Source of the DNA: an uncultured Acholeplasmataceae bacterium
GTDB taxonomy: Bacteria; Bacillota_I; Bacilli_A; Acholeplasmatales; UBA5453
Length of the DNA: 64,000 nt
Assembly (NCBI GenBank): GCA_964481475.1
Contig: CAYZTG010000001.1
Location: forward strand, 20,441-84,440
Direction of reading: 5' to 3'
In this document: in pieces, positions 39,715 through 50,355 of the stretch
Numbering within the stretch: the stretch's first letter is position 1
How the letters are laid out: each line of letters starts with the position of its first letter
Position numbers and translations under genes: made by a program
The notes under the pieces: generated by a model
Database searches by the model: none
Seen by the model: the letters and a program-made list of their open reading frames with translations, nothing else
What the model was told of the DNA's origin: nothing

Positions 39715-40558
39715 TTTCTTCCCTCTTATAAATAGTTTTCGTTGTTAAAAAACCATCATCCCATATTTGCTTGTACTTATCTTGGATTGCTTCTTTGGTT
39801 TTTTCCCCCTTAAACATTTTTAAAATATCAAGGCAATACCGGTCATCATAAAACATTGAATCCACTAATAGATAATCAATATTTTTCAAATTAGCTAAAT
39901 GATCAATAATAGAACTAACATTGCTGCGGTAAACATGAGTACCAAATTCATCTTCCACAATCGGCATTTTTTCTTCTCTTTTTTCCTCTTTTAGAAAAAG
40001 GTTTTTATTTTGATAATGATATTCTTGCTTAATTTCCTTTAAATATGATTTTAATAAATGTCTTTTAGAATAAAACATATTAAGATGTCCATGAGCATTC
40101 ATAAATACGACACCCTTTTTATTACTAGACATTTCTTTAATATCTGTTAGATTAATCTCTTTTGATAAAAAAACACCCTTTAAACCTACTTCAAAAAAAA
40201 TATTCATATCGAAAGTATTAGTAATTAAAGTTTCTGGCTGATAAATAATCGGGATTTCTAAATCTTTTAATAAATAGTAATAACCAATATCACCAATAAT
40301 TAAACCAGTGATATTGATTTTTAAATCTTTTATTAGTTTAAACAAATCTTCTCCTTGATGATGAAGAAAAGGTTTAAAACTTAAATAGAGTTCTTTATTA
40401 TGCTTACCTAAAATCTCACTTAATTTTCTTAGTTCATCGACAGTGAAAAAAGAGGTCTCTCTTGTACTAAAACCTTTCAGTCCAACAACAAACCCTTCTG
40501 TGTAAGTTAATAAAGATTCTATATTATTAAGATTATGGATTGTTGATAATAATTTCAT
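39707..40558 (-). CDS. Peptidase-U32-family protein, YrrN-type (short paralog)
   Basis: 283-aa ORF that overlaps both neighbours. It is U32-like (TIM-barrel-type N-terminal region). Position and size match B. subtilis yrrN. Confidence 0.75.
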   Translation of the reverse strand: MKLLSTIHNLNNIESLLTYTEGFVVGLKGFSTRETSFFTVDELRKLSEILGKHNKELYLSFKPFLHHQGEDLFKLIKDLKINITGLIIGDIGYYYLLKDLEIPIIYQPETLITNTFDMNIFFEVGLKGVFLSKEINLTDIKEMSSNKKGVVFMNAHGHLNMFYSKRHLLKSYLKEIKQEYHYQNKNLFLKEEKREEKMPIVEDEFGTHVYRSNVSSIIDHLANLKNIDYLLVDSMFYDDRYCLDILKMFKGEKTKEAIQDKYKQIWDDGFLTTKTIYKREEND

Positions 40559-41123
40559 CTTTTGCTCCTTTTCTAATCGAAATACTTAAACCATCCCCTT
40601 GGTCAAGGAAAGATGTTTCAAAATCATTATTAGTTATTAGAAAACTTTTAAAATCGTCAATTTTTTTCAGTAATTTCTTCGTTTGTTTTGAAACAAACTC
40701 TAACTCTAAATTGTGAAAATTCAGGTTGTCGGTTATAATTGCCCCACCATCATTTAAGTAATCTTGAAATCTTTTAAAGTAATTTATATACTGACCCTTA
40801 GCAGCATCAATAAAAATAAGATCATATTTATCTTTAAGTGGTGTTAATTTCAAAGCGTCTCCAAGTCTAGCAATAATAATATTTTCTTTTTGGTGTAAAG
40901 CGATTTGATTTAATGCCTCTTCATATAAGGCACTTTTTTTCTCAATTGTTTCAATGTAATTTAAGTTATCTGAAAGCATGATGCTTGAATAACCAATCGC
41001 AGTCCCCAACTCTAACATCGTTTTATAATTATTTGCCATTATTACTGTTTTAATGACACTTAATGCTTCATCTGAAATAATGGGAATATGTTTAGATAAT
41101 GCAAAATACTTAAGGTTATTCAT
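40533..41123 (-). CDS. trmR: SAM-dependent O-methyltransferase, YrrM/TrmR-type (tRNA ho5U to mo5U)
   Basis: 196-aa ORF with the class I methyltransferase motif LELGTAIGYS and DLIFIDAAK. It is in synteny with yrrN and yrrO. Confidence 0.75.
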   Translation of the reverse strand: MNNLKYFALSKHIPIISDEALSVIKTVIMANNYKTMLELGTAIGYSSIMLSDNLNYIETIEKKSALYEEALNQIALHQKENIIIARLGDALKLTPLKDKYDLIFIDAAKGQYINYFKRFQDYLNDGGAIITDNLNFHNLELEFVSKQTKKLLKKIDDFKSFLITNNDFETSFLDQGDGLSISIRKGAKDEIIINNP

Positions 41124-41373
41124 CTTCCTCTAAACTATCATAATACTCTGCCAAAATCTCTTCTAAAATATCCCATTCTTCTTCTGTTTCAATATCAGAA
41201 AAAGTTCCTTCGAATTCATTTTCTTCAGTGTAAATAGCCGCACTAACTTCACCTGTATCGAGAAATTCAAAAATTACGTAGTTCTTATTAGTATCTTCAT
41301 TAAAATACGTTAAGATTATTTCTGCTACTCTTTCTTCATTGTCTTGAATAATCGTAATCATTTTGTCTGTCAT
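41116..41373 (-). CDS. DUF1292 family protein (YrzB-like)
   Basis: 85-aa highly acidic ORF lying between ruvX and yrrM, as yrzB does in Bacillus. Confidence 0.7.
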   Translation of the reverse strand: MTDKMITIIQDNEERVAEIILTYFNEDTNKNYVIFEFLDTGEVSAAIYTEENEFEGTFSDIETEEEWDILEEILAEYYDSLEEDE

Positions 41374-41375
41374 TA

Positions 41376-41792
41376 TTATTTTCCTCTACTATCTAAATAA
41401 TTTTGTAATATTAAAACAGCTGCTAAAGTGTCTTTATGTTTTTGTCTTTTTAACGTTGACAAGCCCGCTTTTTTTAATGTTCCTGTGGCTTGTTTAGTAG
41501 TTAACCTTTCATCCCATAAAACAATTTTAGCTGTAGTTTTTTCTTCTAATCTTTCTTTAAATCTAATTGATACTTTAGCTTTTTCGCCAATTTCATCATG
41601 CATATGTTTTGGTAAACCAATTATTACAACATCAACTTTGTGTTCTGTAATATATTTACTAATATAGTCAATTGCGTGAATATAATGATTTTTGGCAAAC
41701 CTAAATGTTTCAACCGCCTGAGCAATCACTCCGCTATCACTTCTTGCAATCCCTAATGTTACTTCTCCTAAATCAAGGCCTAAATAAATCAT
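41376..41792 (-). CDS. ruvX: Holliday-junction-resolvase-like nuclease RuvX (YqgF/YrrK)
   Basis: 138-aa ORF with YLGLDLGEVTLGIA and DERLTT motifs. It overlaps the alaS stop by 4 nt. Confidence 0.9.
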   Translation of the reverse strand: MIYLGLDLGEVTLGIARSDSGVIAQAVETFRFAKNHYIHAIDYISKYITEHKVDVVIIGLPKHMHDEIGEKAKVSIRFKERLEEKTTAKIVLWDERLTTKQATGTLKKAGLSTLKRQKHKDTLAAVLILQNYLDSRGK

Positions 41793-44377
41793 ATTTTAAT
41801 CATCTCCCCGATTAAGTCATCTAGCCTCTCTAAATTAGTTGTTCCTCCTTGAGCAAAATTAGGATTTCCTCCACCACTTCCCATTGATATTTCATTTAAT
41901 TTGCTAATAATATCCCTAGCCAAACCTTTACTCATAATTAAGTAAGTTGCTTTTGACTCTTCAATATTTAAAAGCAAAACTGTTTCATGGTTTAATTTAT
42001 TATACAAATTAACTAATAGTGGACGTAATGATTTTGGTTCTAAATTATGAGTTATAATTAAATTATTTTGTTTCGTTTTAATTAACTCATCTAAATTATT
42101 TAAAACTAAATTATCTTTTTTAAGTTGTATTTCTCTTTCTATGTGCTTAGTTAATTCTTTAAGGCTATTTAAGTGTTTCAAAAGGTTTAAGCGGTCTTGA
42201 TAACTAGCAATTAAATGGAGGTTGTCAAGGTGTTGTTTTAGAGGCATATTTAGTTTTTTAGCTTCTAAAAGGAGATTGCTATATTTTGCTTTAAGAAGAC
42301 TTTCTTCTTCAAACAAGTTCTCGTTTCTTCTTTTGAATTCAGCTAGCATCTCACTTCCAGTAAAGGCTTCAACACGGTAAATACCAGAACCAATTGAAGA
42401 AACACTTGAAATCATAAATGAGCCAATCTCTTTAGTATTATTAACATGAGTTCCCCCGCATAATTCTACCGAATATTTATCAATAAAAACTACTCTAACT
42501 TTATTCTCATATTTTTCACTAAATAATGCTTTAGCACCTAAGCTAATAGCTTTATCATAAAACATTTCTTCGGTTATAACTGGGATCGCTTTTTTAATAT
42601 GAGAATTTACAATATTTTCTATTTTTAATATTTCTTCATCAGTAATCTTTTTAAAGTGATTAAAATCAAATCTCAATAAATCACTCCCCACATAAGAACC
42701 TTGTTGGGTTACATGATTTCCAAAAATATCAATTAAAGCTTGGTGGAGCAAGTGTGTTGCAGTATGGTTTTTAATAATTTGCTCTCTATTATCTTTATTA
42801 ACTCTTGCGATTACCTTTTCTCCTTCTTTAAAATTACCATCTAGAAGGTGTAAATGCTGTCCATGAGGAAGTTTAACTACATCTTTTATTGAGATCTCGT
42901 TTATTACACCTAAGTCATGCTCTTGTCCACCCATTGTTGCATAAAAAGGAGTTTCCTTTAAAACAATTCCATGAGGAAAAACTTTAATTACCTCAGTCTC
43001 AACTTCCAAATGATTATAGCCAACAAACTTCGAATTCAAGGTAAACTCTAAATACTCTTTATCTTGCGTCTTCATTGAAGCTTCTTCACTTCTACTTTGT
43101 CTACTTCTTTCTTTTTGTAACTCCAATAGTTCATAGAAACCTTCTTTATCGATTGCTAAATTATGATCAAGGGCATATTCTTCTTGAAGCTCAATTGGAA
43201 AACCATAAGTATCATATAACAAAAAAGCATCTTCTTTTGACAATTCCTTTTTATCTTTGGAAACTTTTTTAATCATCTCTTCACCAAGTAAAAGAGTTTC
43301 TAAAAACTTTATTTCTTCGCTATAAATAATTTCTGCAATAAATTTTTTATTTTCAATAATATTTGGATAGTAATCTCCCATTATTAAAATAACTGGCTCA
43401 ATAAGTTTAGTTAAAAAAGCCTCAGAAATGCCTAAAGCTTTTCCATGTTTTAAAGCTCTTCTTAATAATCTTCTTAAAACATACCCTCTTCCTTCATTTG
43501 AAAGGACTGCCCCATCACCAATAGACATCACTAACGTTTTAATATGATCAGCAATTATTTTAAAACTTGCTTGTCCGTTATATTCGACATTAGTAATTTC
43601 TGTAATCTTGTCGATGATTGGTTTAAACAAATCTGTCTCAAAATTAGTTTTAGTATTTTGAAGAATACACGCAAACCTTTCCAAACCAGCCCCTGTATCA
43701 ATATTTTTACTAGGAAGTTCTTCGTATTCTTCTCTTTTTAAGTTTTCCTTTGCGTTATATTGTGAAAAAACAATGTTCCATATTTCAATGTAACGATCAT
43801 TTTCAAGGTCATCTTTGATTAATTCAGTACCTCTTTTATCGTACTCTAAACCGCGGTCAAAAAAGATTTCTGTATCAGGACCAGAAGGACCTTCACCAAT
43901 CTCCCAATAATTTCCTTCTTGAGCGATCAAATGATCTTCTTTAATTCCAAGTTTCAACCAAACTTCTTTCGCAAGTTTATCAGTTGGATAATAAGTTATA
44001 TATATTTTATCTTGGGGAAAATTAAAATACTTACTTGAAAAAAGGAGCTCATAGCCAAGTTTAATCGCTTCTTCTTTAAAATAATCACCAATACTAAAAT
44101 TCCCCATCATTTCAAAAAATGTGTGGTGTCTAGCTGTGTTCCCTACTTGCTCAATATCATTTGTACGAATACATTTTTGGATATTAGTTAACCTTGGGCT
44201 GCTCGGTGTTTCTGAACCATCAAAATACTTTTTAAGTGGCGCTACACCAGCATTTATCCATAATAATGTTTTATCATCTTTAGGGATCAAAGAAGAACTT
44301 TCAATAATTTGATGGCCATGTTCCTTAAAAAAACTTAGCCAAACTTCCCTAATTTCATGATGTGTCATTTTTCTCAT
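41789..44377 (-). CDS. alaS: Alanine--tRNA ligase
   Basis: 862-aa ORF with HHTFFEMMGNFSIGDYFK, editing-domain HTATHLLH and CGGTHV motifs, and a C-terminal DHHA1-like GGG region. Confidence 0.97.
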   Translation of the reverse strand: MRKMTHHEIREVWLSFFKEHGHQIIESSSLIPKDDKTLLWINAGVAPLKKYFDGSETPSSPRLTNIQKCIRTNDIEQVGNTARHHTFFEMMGNFSIGDYFKEEAIKLGYELLFSSKYFNFPQDKIYITYYPTDKLAKEVWLKLGIKEDHLIAQEGNYWEIGEGPSGPDTEIFFDRGLEYDKRGTELIKDDLENDRYIEIWNIVFSQYNAKENLKREEYEELPSKNIDTGAGLERFACILQNTKTNFETDLFKPIIDKITEITNVEYNGQASFKIIADHIKTLVMSIGDGAVLSNEGRGYVLRRLLRRALKHGKALGISEAFLTKLIEPVILIMGDYYPNIIENKKFIAEIIYSEEIKFLETLLLGEEMIKKVSKDKKELSKEDAFLLYDTYGFPIELQEEYALDHNLAIDKEGFYELLELQKERSRQSRSEEASMKTQDKEYLEFTLNSKFVGYNHLEVETEVIKVFPHGIVLKETPFYATMGGQEHDLGVINEISIKDVVKLPHGQHLHLLDGNFKEGEKVIARVNKDNREQIIKNHTATHLLHQALIDIFGNHVTQQGSYVGSDLLRFDFNHFKKITDEEILKIENIVNSHIKKAIPVITEEMFYDKAISLGAKALFSEKYENKVRVVFIDKYSVELCGGTHVNNTKEIGSFMISSVSSIGSGIYRVEAFTGSEMLAEFKRRNENLFEEESLLKAKYSNLLLEAKKLNMPLKQHLDNLHLIASYQDRLNLLKHLNSLKELTKHIEREIQLKKDNLVLNNLDELIKTKQNNLIITHNLEPKSLRPLLVNLYNKLNHETVLLLNIEESKATYLIMSKGLARDIISKLNEISMGSGGGNPNFAQGGTTNLERLDDLIGEMIKI

Positions 44378-44388
44378 ATCTTTCTCCT

Positions 44389-44590
44389 AAAAAAAAGCCC
44401 AAAGAATAAAAATATTCTAAGGGCGAATTACCGCGTTACCACCTTAGTTCTAGTATATACTAGCACTTAATTAATTACTTATAGGTAAGTATACCATACT
44501 CCTAAGCAGCTTCATTAAGTTAACTATATATCTTTTTCACCAACTGATACTCTCTTTAATAGCGCCCTTAATTACTTCTCTTAATCAACG
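44389..44590 (-). promoter_or_regulatory. T-box leader (Ala specifier GCU) with intrinsic terminator, upstream of alaS
   Basis: Features on the minus strand:
- AGAGAG (AG bulge).
- GGTGAAA (distal loop).
- Specifier loop GAA-GCT-G (GCT at 44510..44508).
- Stem III hairpin CTAGTATATACTAG.
- T-box AACTAAGGTGGTAACGCGG.
- Terminator GCCCTTAGAATA-TTTTT-ATTCTTTGGGC followed by T8 (44389..44424). Confidence 0.9.
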
Positions 44591-44610
44591 TATATATTAT
44601 TTTATCATAA

Positions 44611-45489
44611 TTAGCTTTCTTTTAATACTAATTGTTTCTTTTTTTTGAAAAGAGCTTTAAATACTGCCATTACACCAAATGAGGCCCATAACGTTACAAC
44701 AAAATATGTCACAATATAGACGAGACTATTAGGAAGACCTACTAGCCTTAATAAAGCTTTAAAGCCTAGTTCTAACCCAAAGACTGTTGGAACTCCAATT
44801 AATAATTTTAAAATGTTTACTTTAATTGTATCATTTATATCATATCCTACATATTTTTTTTCCAAAAAATAACCAATAGCTAAACCAGTATAAGCCCCAG
44901 CAGCTCGGTAAATATCTTTATCCTTAAAAACAAAAGCTAAAATAAAAACAAGTGGAATCAAATAAAGGGCTCTAATATCTTCAACATTATCTTGCCCATA
45001 TTCTAATAAAAATAAGCCTAATAAACTAAAAATAACCCCAATAACTGCCCCAACTAAAATATCTGACAAATAATGTTGTGCAAGATAAACTCTAGAAATC
45101 GGAACTAAAATCATTAAAGTAATCAAAGTATATTTGAGCCACTTATGTCTTCCGTGTTCTTTTAATAGAATCGTTCCCATAGAAAAGATTCCTTGGGCAT
45201 GACCAGAAGGAAATGAATATCCATCAGTAATATCAAAATCATGTAAAAGTAAACTACTATCTTTGTGAAAAGGTCTCGGCCTTTTAACAATAGTTTTAAT
45301 TAATCCATTAATTGTCATACTAAACAAAAAAGCAACCATTAGCTTAAAGCCAAACTTCTTATCAAGAATCCAATAAAAAATTATCCCAATTGCTAAGTAA
45401 AAATAAACATCACCAAACTGCGTAATTATTCTCATAAACCAATCTAGTGCTGGATTAGAAAACTGTCTTATAAACCTAATTATCTCCAT
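44611..45489 (-). CDS. PAP2-family lipid phosphatase with an extra C-terminal membrane domain
   Basis: 292-aa ORF with PAP2 motifs KTIVKRPRP, PSGH and SRVYLAQHYLSD, followed by about 120 aa of additional TM helices. Confidence 0.8.
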   Translation of the reverse strand: MEIIRFIRQFSNPALDWFMRIITQFGDVYFYLAIGIIFYWILDKKFGFKLMVAFLFSMTINGLIKTIVKRPRPFHKDSSLLLHDFDITDGYSFPSGHAQGIFSMGTILLKEHGRHKWLKYTLITLMILVPISRVYLAQHYLSDILVGAVIGVIFSLLGLFLLEYGQDNVEDIRALYLIPLVFILAFVFKDKDIYRAAGAYTGLAIGYFLEKKYVGYDINDTIKVNILKLLIGVPTVFGLELGFKALLRLVGLPNSLVYIVTYFVVTLWASFGVMAVFKALFKKKKQLVLKES

Positions 45490-46402
45490 TTTTCTTATCC
45501 TTTCTCTTTAAGTGGTTAATAGTCATCATATTAGATACAGTTGCTTCCACATAAGCGGGCACTTTAATAACTCTAAAACCTTTTTTAATTTTACCAATTG
45601 AGTACTGACCATCTATGTATTTTAATATTCCTTTGTTGACACATTCTTTTAACATTTCATTGGCAACATAATTACCATATGATATTTTTTCTTCAATAAT
45701 ACTAAGTTCAAAACCAACAATAGACTTTAGTTGGTCTAAACCTCGTTGAGGAAAAATTATTTTAGGAGTTAACTCCACAATTGTAACATCTTTATCTTTA
45801 AGTAGTTCATAGTTAATAGGTTTTTCCAAAGGAGAAACAAAAATTAAGTTAGCACCTTTTTCAATTAAAATATCAACGGGATTATTATTGATTAAACCGC
45901 CATCGATAAAATATTTATCTTGTAGTTCATTAGCACCAAATACAACCGGAATTGAGGCGCTAGATATAACATAATCAATTGGTGAATCAATATTATTTAA
46001 GTGGAAAACTCGCTCTTGCCAACTGTTTTTTTTAATAATACTAATCAAACTTGGCGACTTAACTTCAGTGGTTATTAAATATAAATCTTTATTAGAGTTT
46101 ACAAATTTTTCTTTATCAATAAACTTTTCTTCAATTTCTTTTAATACATTCATTGAATAAAACCCGCGTTCCCTTAAACTTGGAAAACCAGTAATTGGAT
46201 TATGTTTAGCACCATAAATCCACGCTTCTTTTAAAGAATCAAAATTACTTCCTAAATAAAAATAACCGTTGATAGCTCCAATTGAAGCTCCCGAAAATAT
46301 ACTGATGTCTTCAATAATTTTAGTTTTTTCTAATACTTCTAGTAAACCCACTTGATACGAACCCTTCGCTCCACCGCCGCCAAGCATTAAACCTATTTTC
46401 AT
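45476..46402 (-). CDS. Patatin-like phospholipase
   Basis: 308-aa ORF with the oxyanion GGGGAKG, nucleophile GASIG (GxSxG) and catalytic DGG (FIDGGLINNNP). It overlaps the PAP2 gene by 14 nt. Confidence 0.85.
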   Translation of the reverse strand: MKIGLMLGGGGAKGSYQVGLLEVLEKTKIIEDISIFSGASIGAINGYFYLGSNFDSLKEAWIYGAKHNPITGFPSLRERGFYSMNVLKEIEEKFIDKEKFVNSNKDLYLITTEVKSPSLISIIKKNSWQERVFHLNNIDSPIDYVISSASIPVVFGANELQDKYFIDGGLINNNPVDILIEKGANLIFVSPLEKPINYELLKDKDVTIVELTPKIIFPQRGLDQLKSIVGFELSIIEEKISYGNYVANEMLKECVNKGILKYIDGQYSIGKIKKGFRVIKVPAYVEATVSNMMTINHLKRKDKKNGDN

Positions 46403-46403
46403 T

Positions 46404-46838
46404 TTAGTATTGCTCCTTTATTCTTCTTAATTGATCTTGTTCTTTAAGAGATTGTCGTTTATCATGAAGTTTCTTACCTTTGGCAACAGCAATTTCCACT
46501 TTTACAAGAGCTTGATTAAAATATACTTTCAAAGGAATTAATGTATAACCTTCCTTTTCTTTTTTAGATTTTAATCTTAAAATTTCTCTTTTATGCATCA
46601 ATAGTTTACGGTCCCTTGTCTCATCATGATTAAAAATAGAGGATTCCATATACTTAGAGATATGCATGCCAACAATAAAAATTTCATTATCTCTAATGTC
46701 CACATAAGCTTCATTAATATTTACTTTCCCACTTCTAATTGATTTAATTTCTGTGCCTTTTAAAACAATACCTGTTTCATAAGTATCTTCAATTTGATAA
46801 TCATGTCTTGCCTTTTTATTTTGTGTAACTATTTTCAT
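46404..46838 (-). CDS. smpB: SsrA-binding protein SmpB
   Basis: 144-aa ORF with NKKARHDYQIEDTYETGIVLKGTEIKS and DRKLLMHKREI. Confidence 0.95.
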   Translation of the reverse strand: MKIVTQNKKARHDYQIEDTYETGIVLKGTEIKSIRSGKVNINEAYVDIRDNEIFIVGMHISKYMESSIFNHDETRDRKLLMHKREILRLKSKKEKEGYTLIPLKVYFNQALVKVEIAVAKGKKLHDKRQSLKEQDQLRRIKEQY

Positions 46839-46886
46839 ATAAACCTCTTAAACCGTTATTTTTAACTAAATAACTCATATATTAAT

Positions 46887-48899
46887 TTATAATAACATAA
46901 AAGTTATTTGTCTTAAACTTAAATTGACTTCTACTAACTTAACTTTTACTTTATCACCAAACTTATATACTTTATTTTTTGATGTATTAGTAACAGTCAT
47001 CGTTTTCTCATCATAACTAAAATAATCATAAAGTAACCTAAAAGGAATCATCCCTTCAATCCCTTTTTCAATTTGGACAAACATTCCTGTTTGAATCATT
47101 CCACTAATAATCCCCTCAAACTCACTATTTAAATATTTCTCCATATATTTAGTGATCATATATTTATCAACTTCTCTTGACAAACTTTCTGCTTTTCTCT
47201 CCATGAGGCTTGCTTGTTTAGCCGCTTCAATATTAGTTTTTTCAAAATGTTTAATTTTCTTTAATAAATTTTGGGGATGGATAATTAGTTCCTTAATTAA
47301 GCGGTGGAGTAATAAATCAGAATATCTTCTAATTGGGGCTGTAAAATGAGTGTAACTCTTTAAAGATAATCCATAGTGTCCGCGGTTAACCGTTTCATAT
47401 TTAGCTTTAGCCATACTTTTTAAAATTAAATCATTAATGTATTCTTCTAGAGGGCTATCTTTAATCTCATCCATAAATTTTTGTAAAGCAAGTGGTGTTA
47501 AGTGGTTAATTCTTGGTGTTTTTACGTCCAAACTTCTTAACTCTGTAAAAAGCGTTTTAATCTTTTCTTCATCAGGCTTATCATGAGTTCGATATAAAGA
47601 AGGTAGGTTTAGAGAAGACATGTGAGTACTAATTATCTCATTTGCTAGCACCATGAATGATTCAATAATTCGTTCGGATGCTCCTTGTTCTTTTAATCTA
47701 ATATCAATTATTTCATGTTTGTCATTTAACAAATATTGGTACTCTTTAGTTTTAAAGTCTAATGAGCCAGCCTTTTTTCTAATTTGAAAAAGCTTATTAC
47801 TTAGCTCATTCATCTTTAACAACATCTCTTCTACTTCTTTCTTAAATGTCATTTTTTTATCTAAAAATAAATTAACATCATCATAACTAAGTCTCTCGCT
47901 CACTATAATAACAGTTTCTTTAATTTCATAATTAACTATTTTTGCTTCTTGATCAAGTTTAATTAATAAACTAAGTGCATATCTTTCTTCGCCTACATTT
48001 AAACTACACAAATCGTTTGATAACCTCCTTGGTAGCATAGGAATAACTCTATCGGCCAAATAAGCCGATGTTCCTTTTTTAAAGGCATCTTTATCAAGAT
48101 AACTATTTTCTTTTACATAATTAGCAACATCAGCAATATGAATATCTAGATAATAAAATAAATTATCTGTCTTAAGACTAATTGCATCATCTAAATCTTT
48201 CGCGTCAATACCGTCAATTGTAATAATATTTTCATCTAAAAAGACTCTCTCATTTCTAGAAACAACTCTACTTAAGTTTTCTGCCTCATTTAGAGTTTCT
48301 TCACTATGTTGATAAGGAAAACCACTTGCATAGATGATTGTTAATATATCAATATCAGGATCAGTAATATGGCCAATTTTATTAGTAATTACTCCTACTA
48401 AACTATTTTGGTTATAAGTTACTACTTCTACTTCAATAACATCTCCGTCAATTAAATTTTCATAACTATTTAAATAAAGCGGAAAGCGCAAATTTGTCTT
48501 AGTAATTAGACGAGCTTTCTTACCCTTTTTGCTCACTTCACAAACAACTACATGCTTCTCTCTTTTAATTATTTCGATAACTCTACCATAATCATTTTTT
48601 ACAGAGGCTAACACGAAATCATTATTTAAGGCATTACCAAGTTTATTGTTATCAATGTAAGTATCTTTACCAATTCCCATTAAAAAACCACCACGGTCTT
48701 TTAAATCAAGAATCCCAACTTTATATCCTACTCTTAAACGATAATTATCTTTTTTCGCTCTCAAATAGTTTTTTGCAACTAAAAAATCCAAATTACTTAT
48801 TAATTCTTCTTTATTAAGATTTGACTCCAATAATAACTCTTCAATTGTATAATTACTCTTTTCCCTAAAAAGAGTCAAAATTTCTAATCTATTTTTCAT
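46887..48899 (-). CDS. rnr: Ribonuclease R
   Basis: 670-aa ORF with an N-terminal winged helix, cold-shock-like domains, an RNB domain (DAKDLDDAIS, RSYTHFTAPIRRYSDL-type) and a C-terminal S1 domain. Confidence 0.92.
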   Translation of the reverse strand: MKNRLEILTLFREKSNYTIEELLLESNLNKEELISNLDFLVAKNYLRAKKDNYRLRVGYKVGILDLKDRGGFLMGIGKDTYIDNNKLGNALNNDFVLASVKNDYGRVIEIIKREKHVVVCEVSKKGKKARLITKTNLRFPLYLNSYENLIDGDVIEVEVVTYNQNSLVGVITNKIGHITDPDIDILTIIYASGFPYQHSEETLNEAENLSRVVSRNERVFLDENIITIDGIDAKDLDDAISLKTDNLFYYLDIHIADVANYVKENSYLDKDAFKKGTSAYLADRVIPMLPRRLSNDLCSLNVGEERYALSLLIKLDQEAKIVNYEIKETVIIVSERLSYDDVNLFLDKKMTFKKEVEEMLLKMNELSNKLFQIRKKAGSLDFKTKEYQYLLNDKHEIIDIRLKEQGASERIIESFMVLANEIISTHMSSLNLPSLYRTHDKPDEEKIKTLFTELRSLDVKTPRINHLTPLALQKFMDEIKDSPLEEYINDLILKSMAKAKYETVNRGHYGLSLKSYTHFTAPIRRYSDLLLHRLIKELIIHPQNLLKKIKHFEKTNIEAAKQASLMERKAESLSREVDKYMITKYMEKYLNSEFEGIISGMIQTGMFVQIEKGIEGMIPFRLLYDYFSYDEKTMTVTNTSKNKVYKFGDKVKVKLVEVNLSLRQITFMLL

Positions 48900-48915
48900 A
48901 CCAAAATTATACCAT

Positions 48916-48941
48916 AAAAAAAGCGACTTACTAAGCCGCTT
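48916..48941 (-). terminator. Rho-independent terminator after eno
   Basis: On the minus strand, the hairpin AGCGGC-UUAGUAA-GUCGCU (one G-U pair) is followed by T7. It lies 10 nt after the eno stop. Confidence 0.6.
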
Positions 48942-48951
48942 CGTTTTTAAT

Positions 48952-50306
<1,355 letters not shown>

Positions 50307-50355
50307 TATTAGTAGTTTGTAAAAACACTTACATTTTATATAAGTTATCTTTACA

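Noticed and set aside
45476-46402. Patatin-like lipase as a CBASS (CapV-type) defence effector
   Set aside because: There is no CD-NTase, cyclase or other signalling gene nearby. The gene is embedded in a housekeeping block and coupled to a PAP2 phosphatase.
44378-46403. Search for a tmRNA (ssrA) gene downstream of smpB
   Set aside because: The interval is filled by two protein-coding genes and the alaS T-box leader. I saw no tRNA-like acceptor/T-arm sequence or tag-peptide ORF. A covariance-model search would be definitive.
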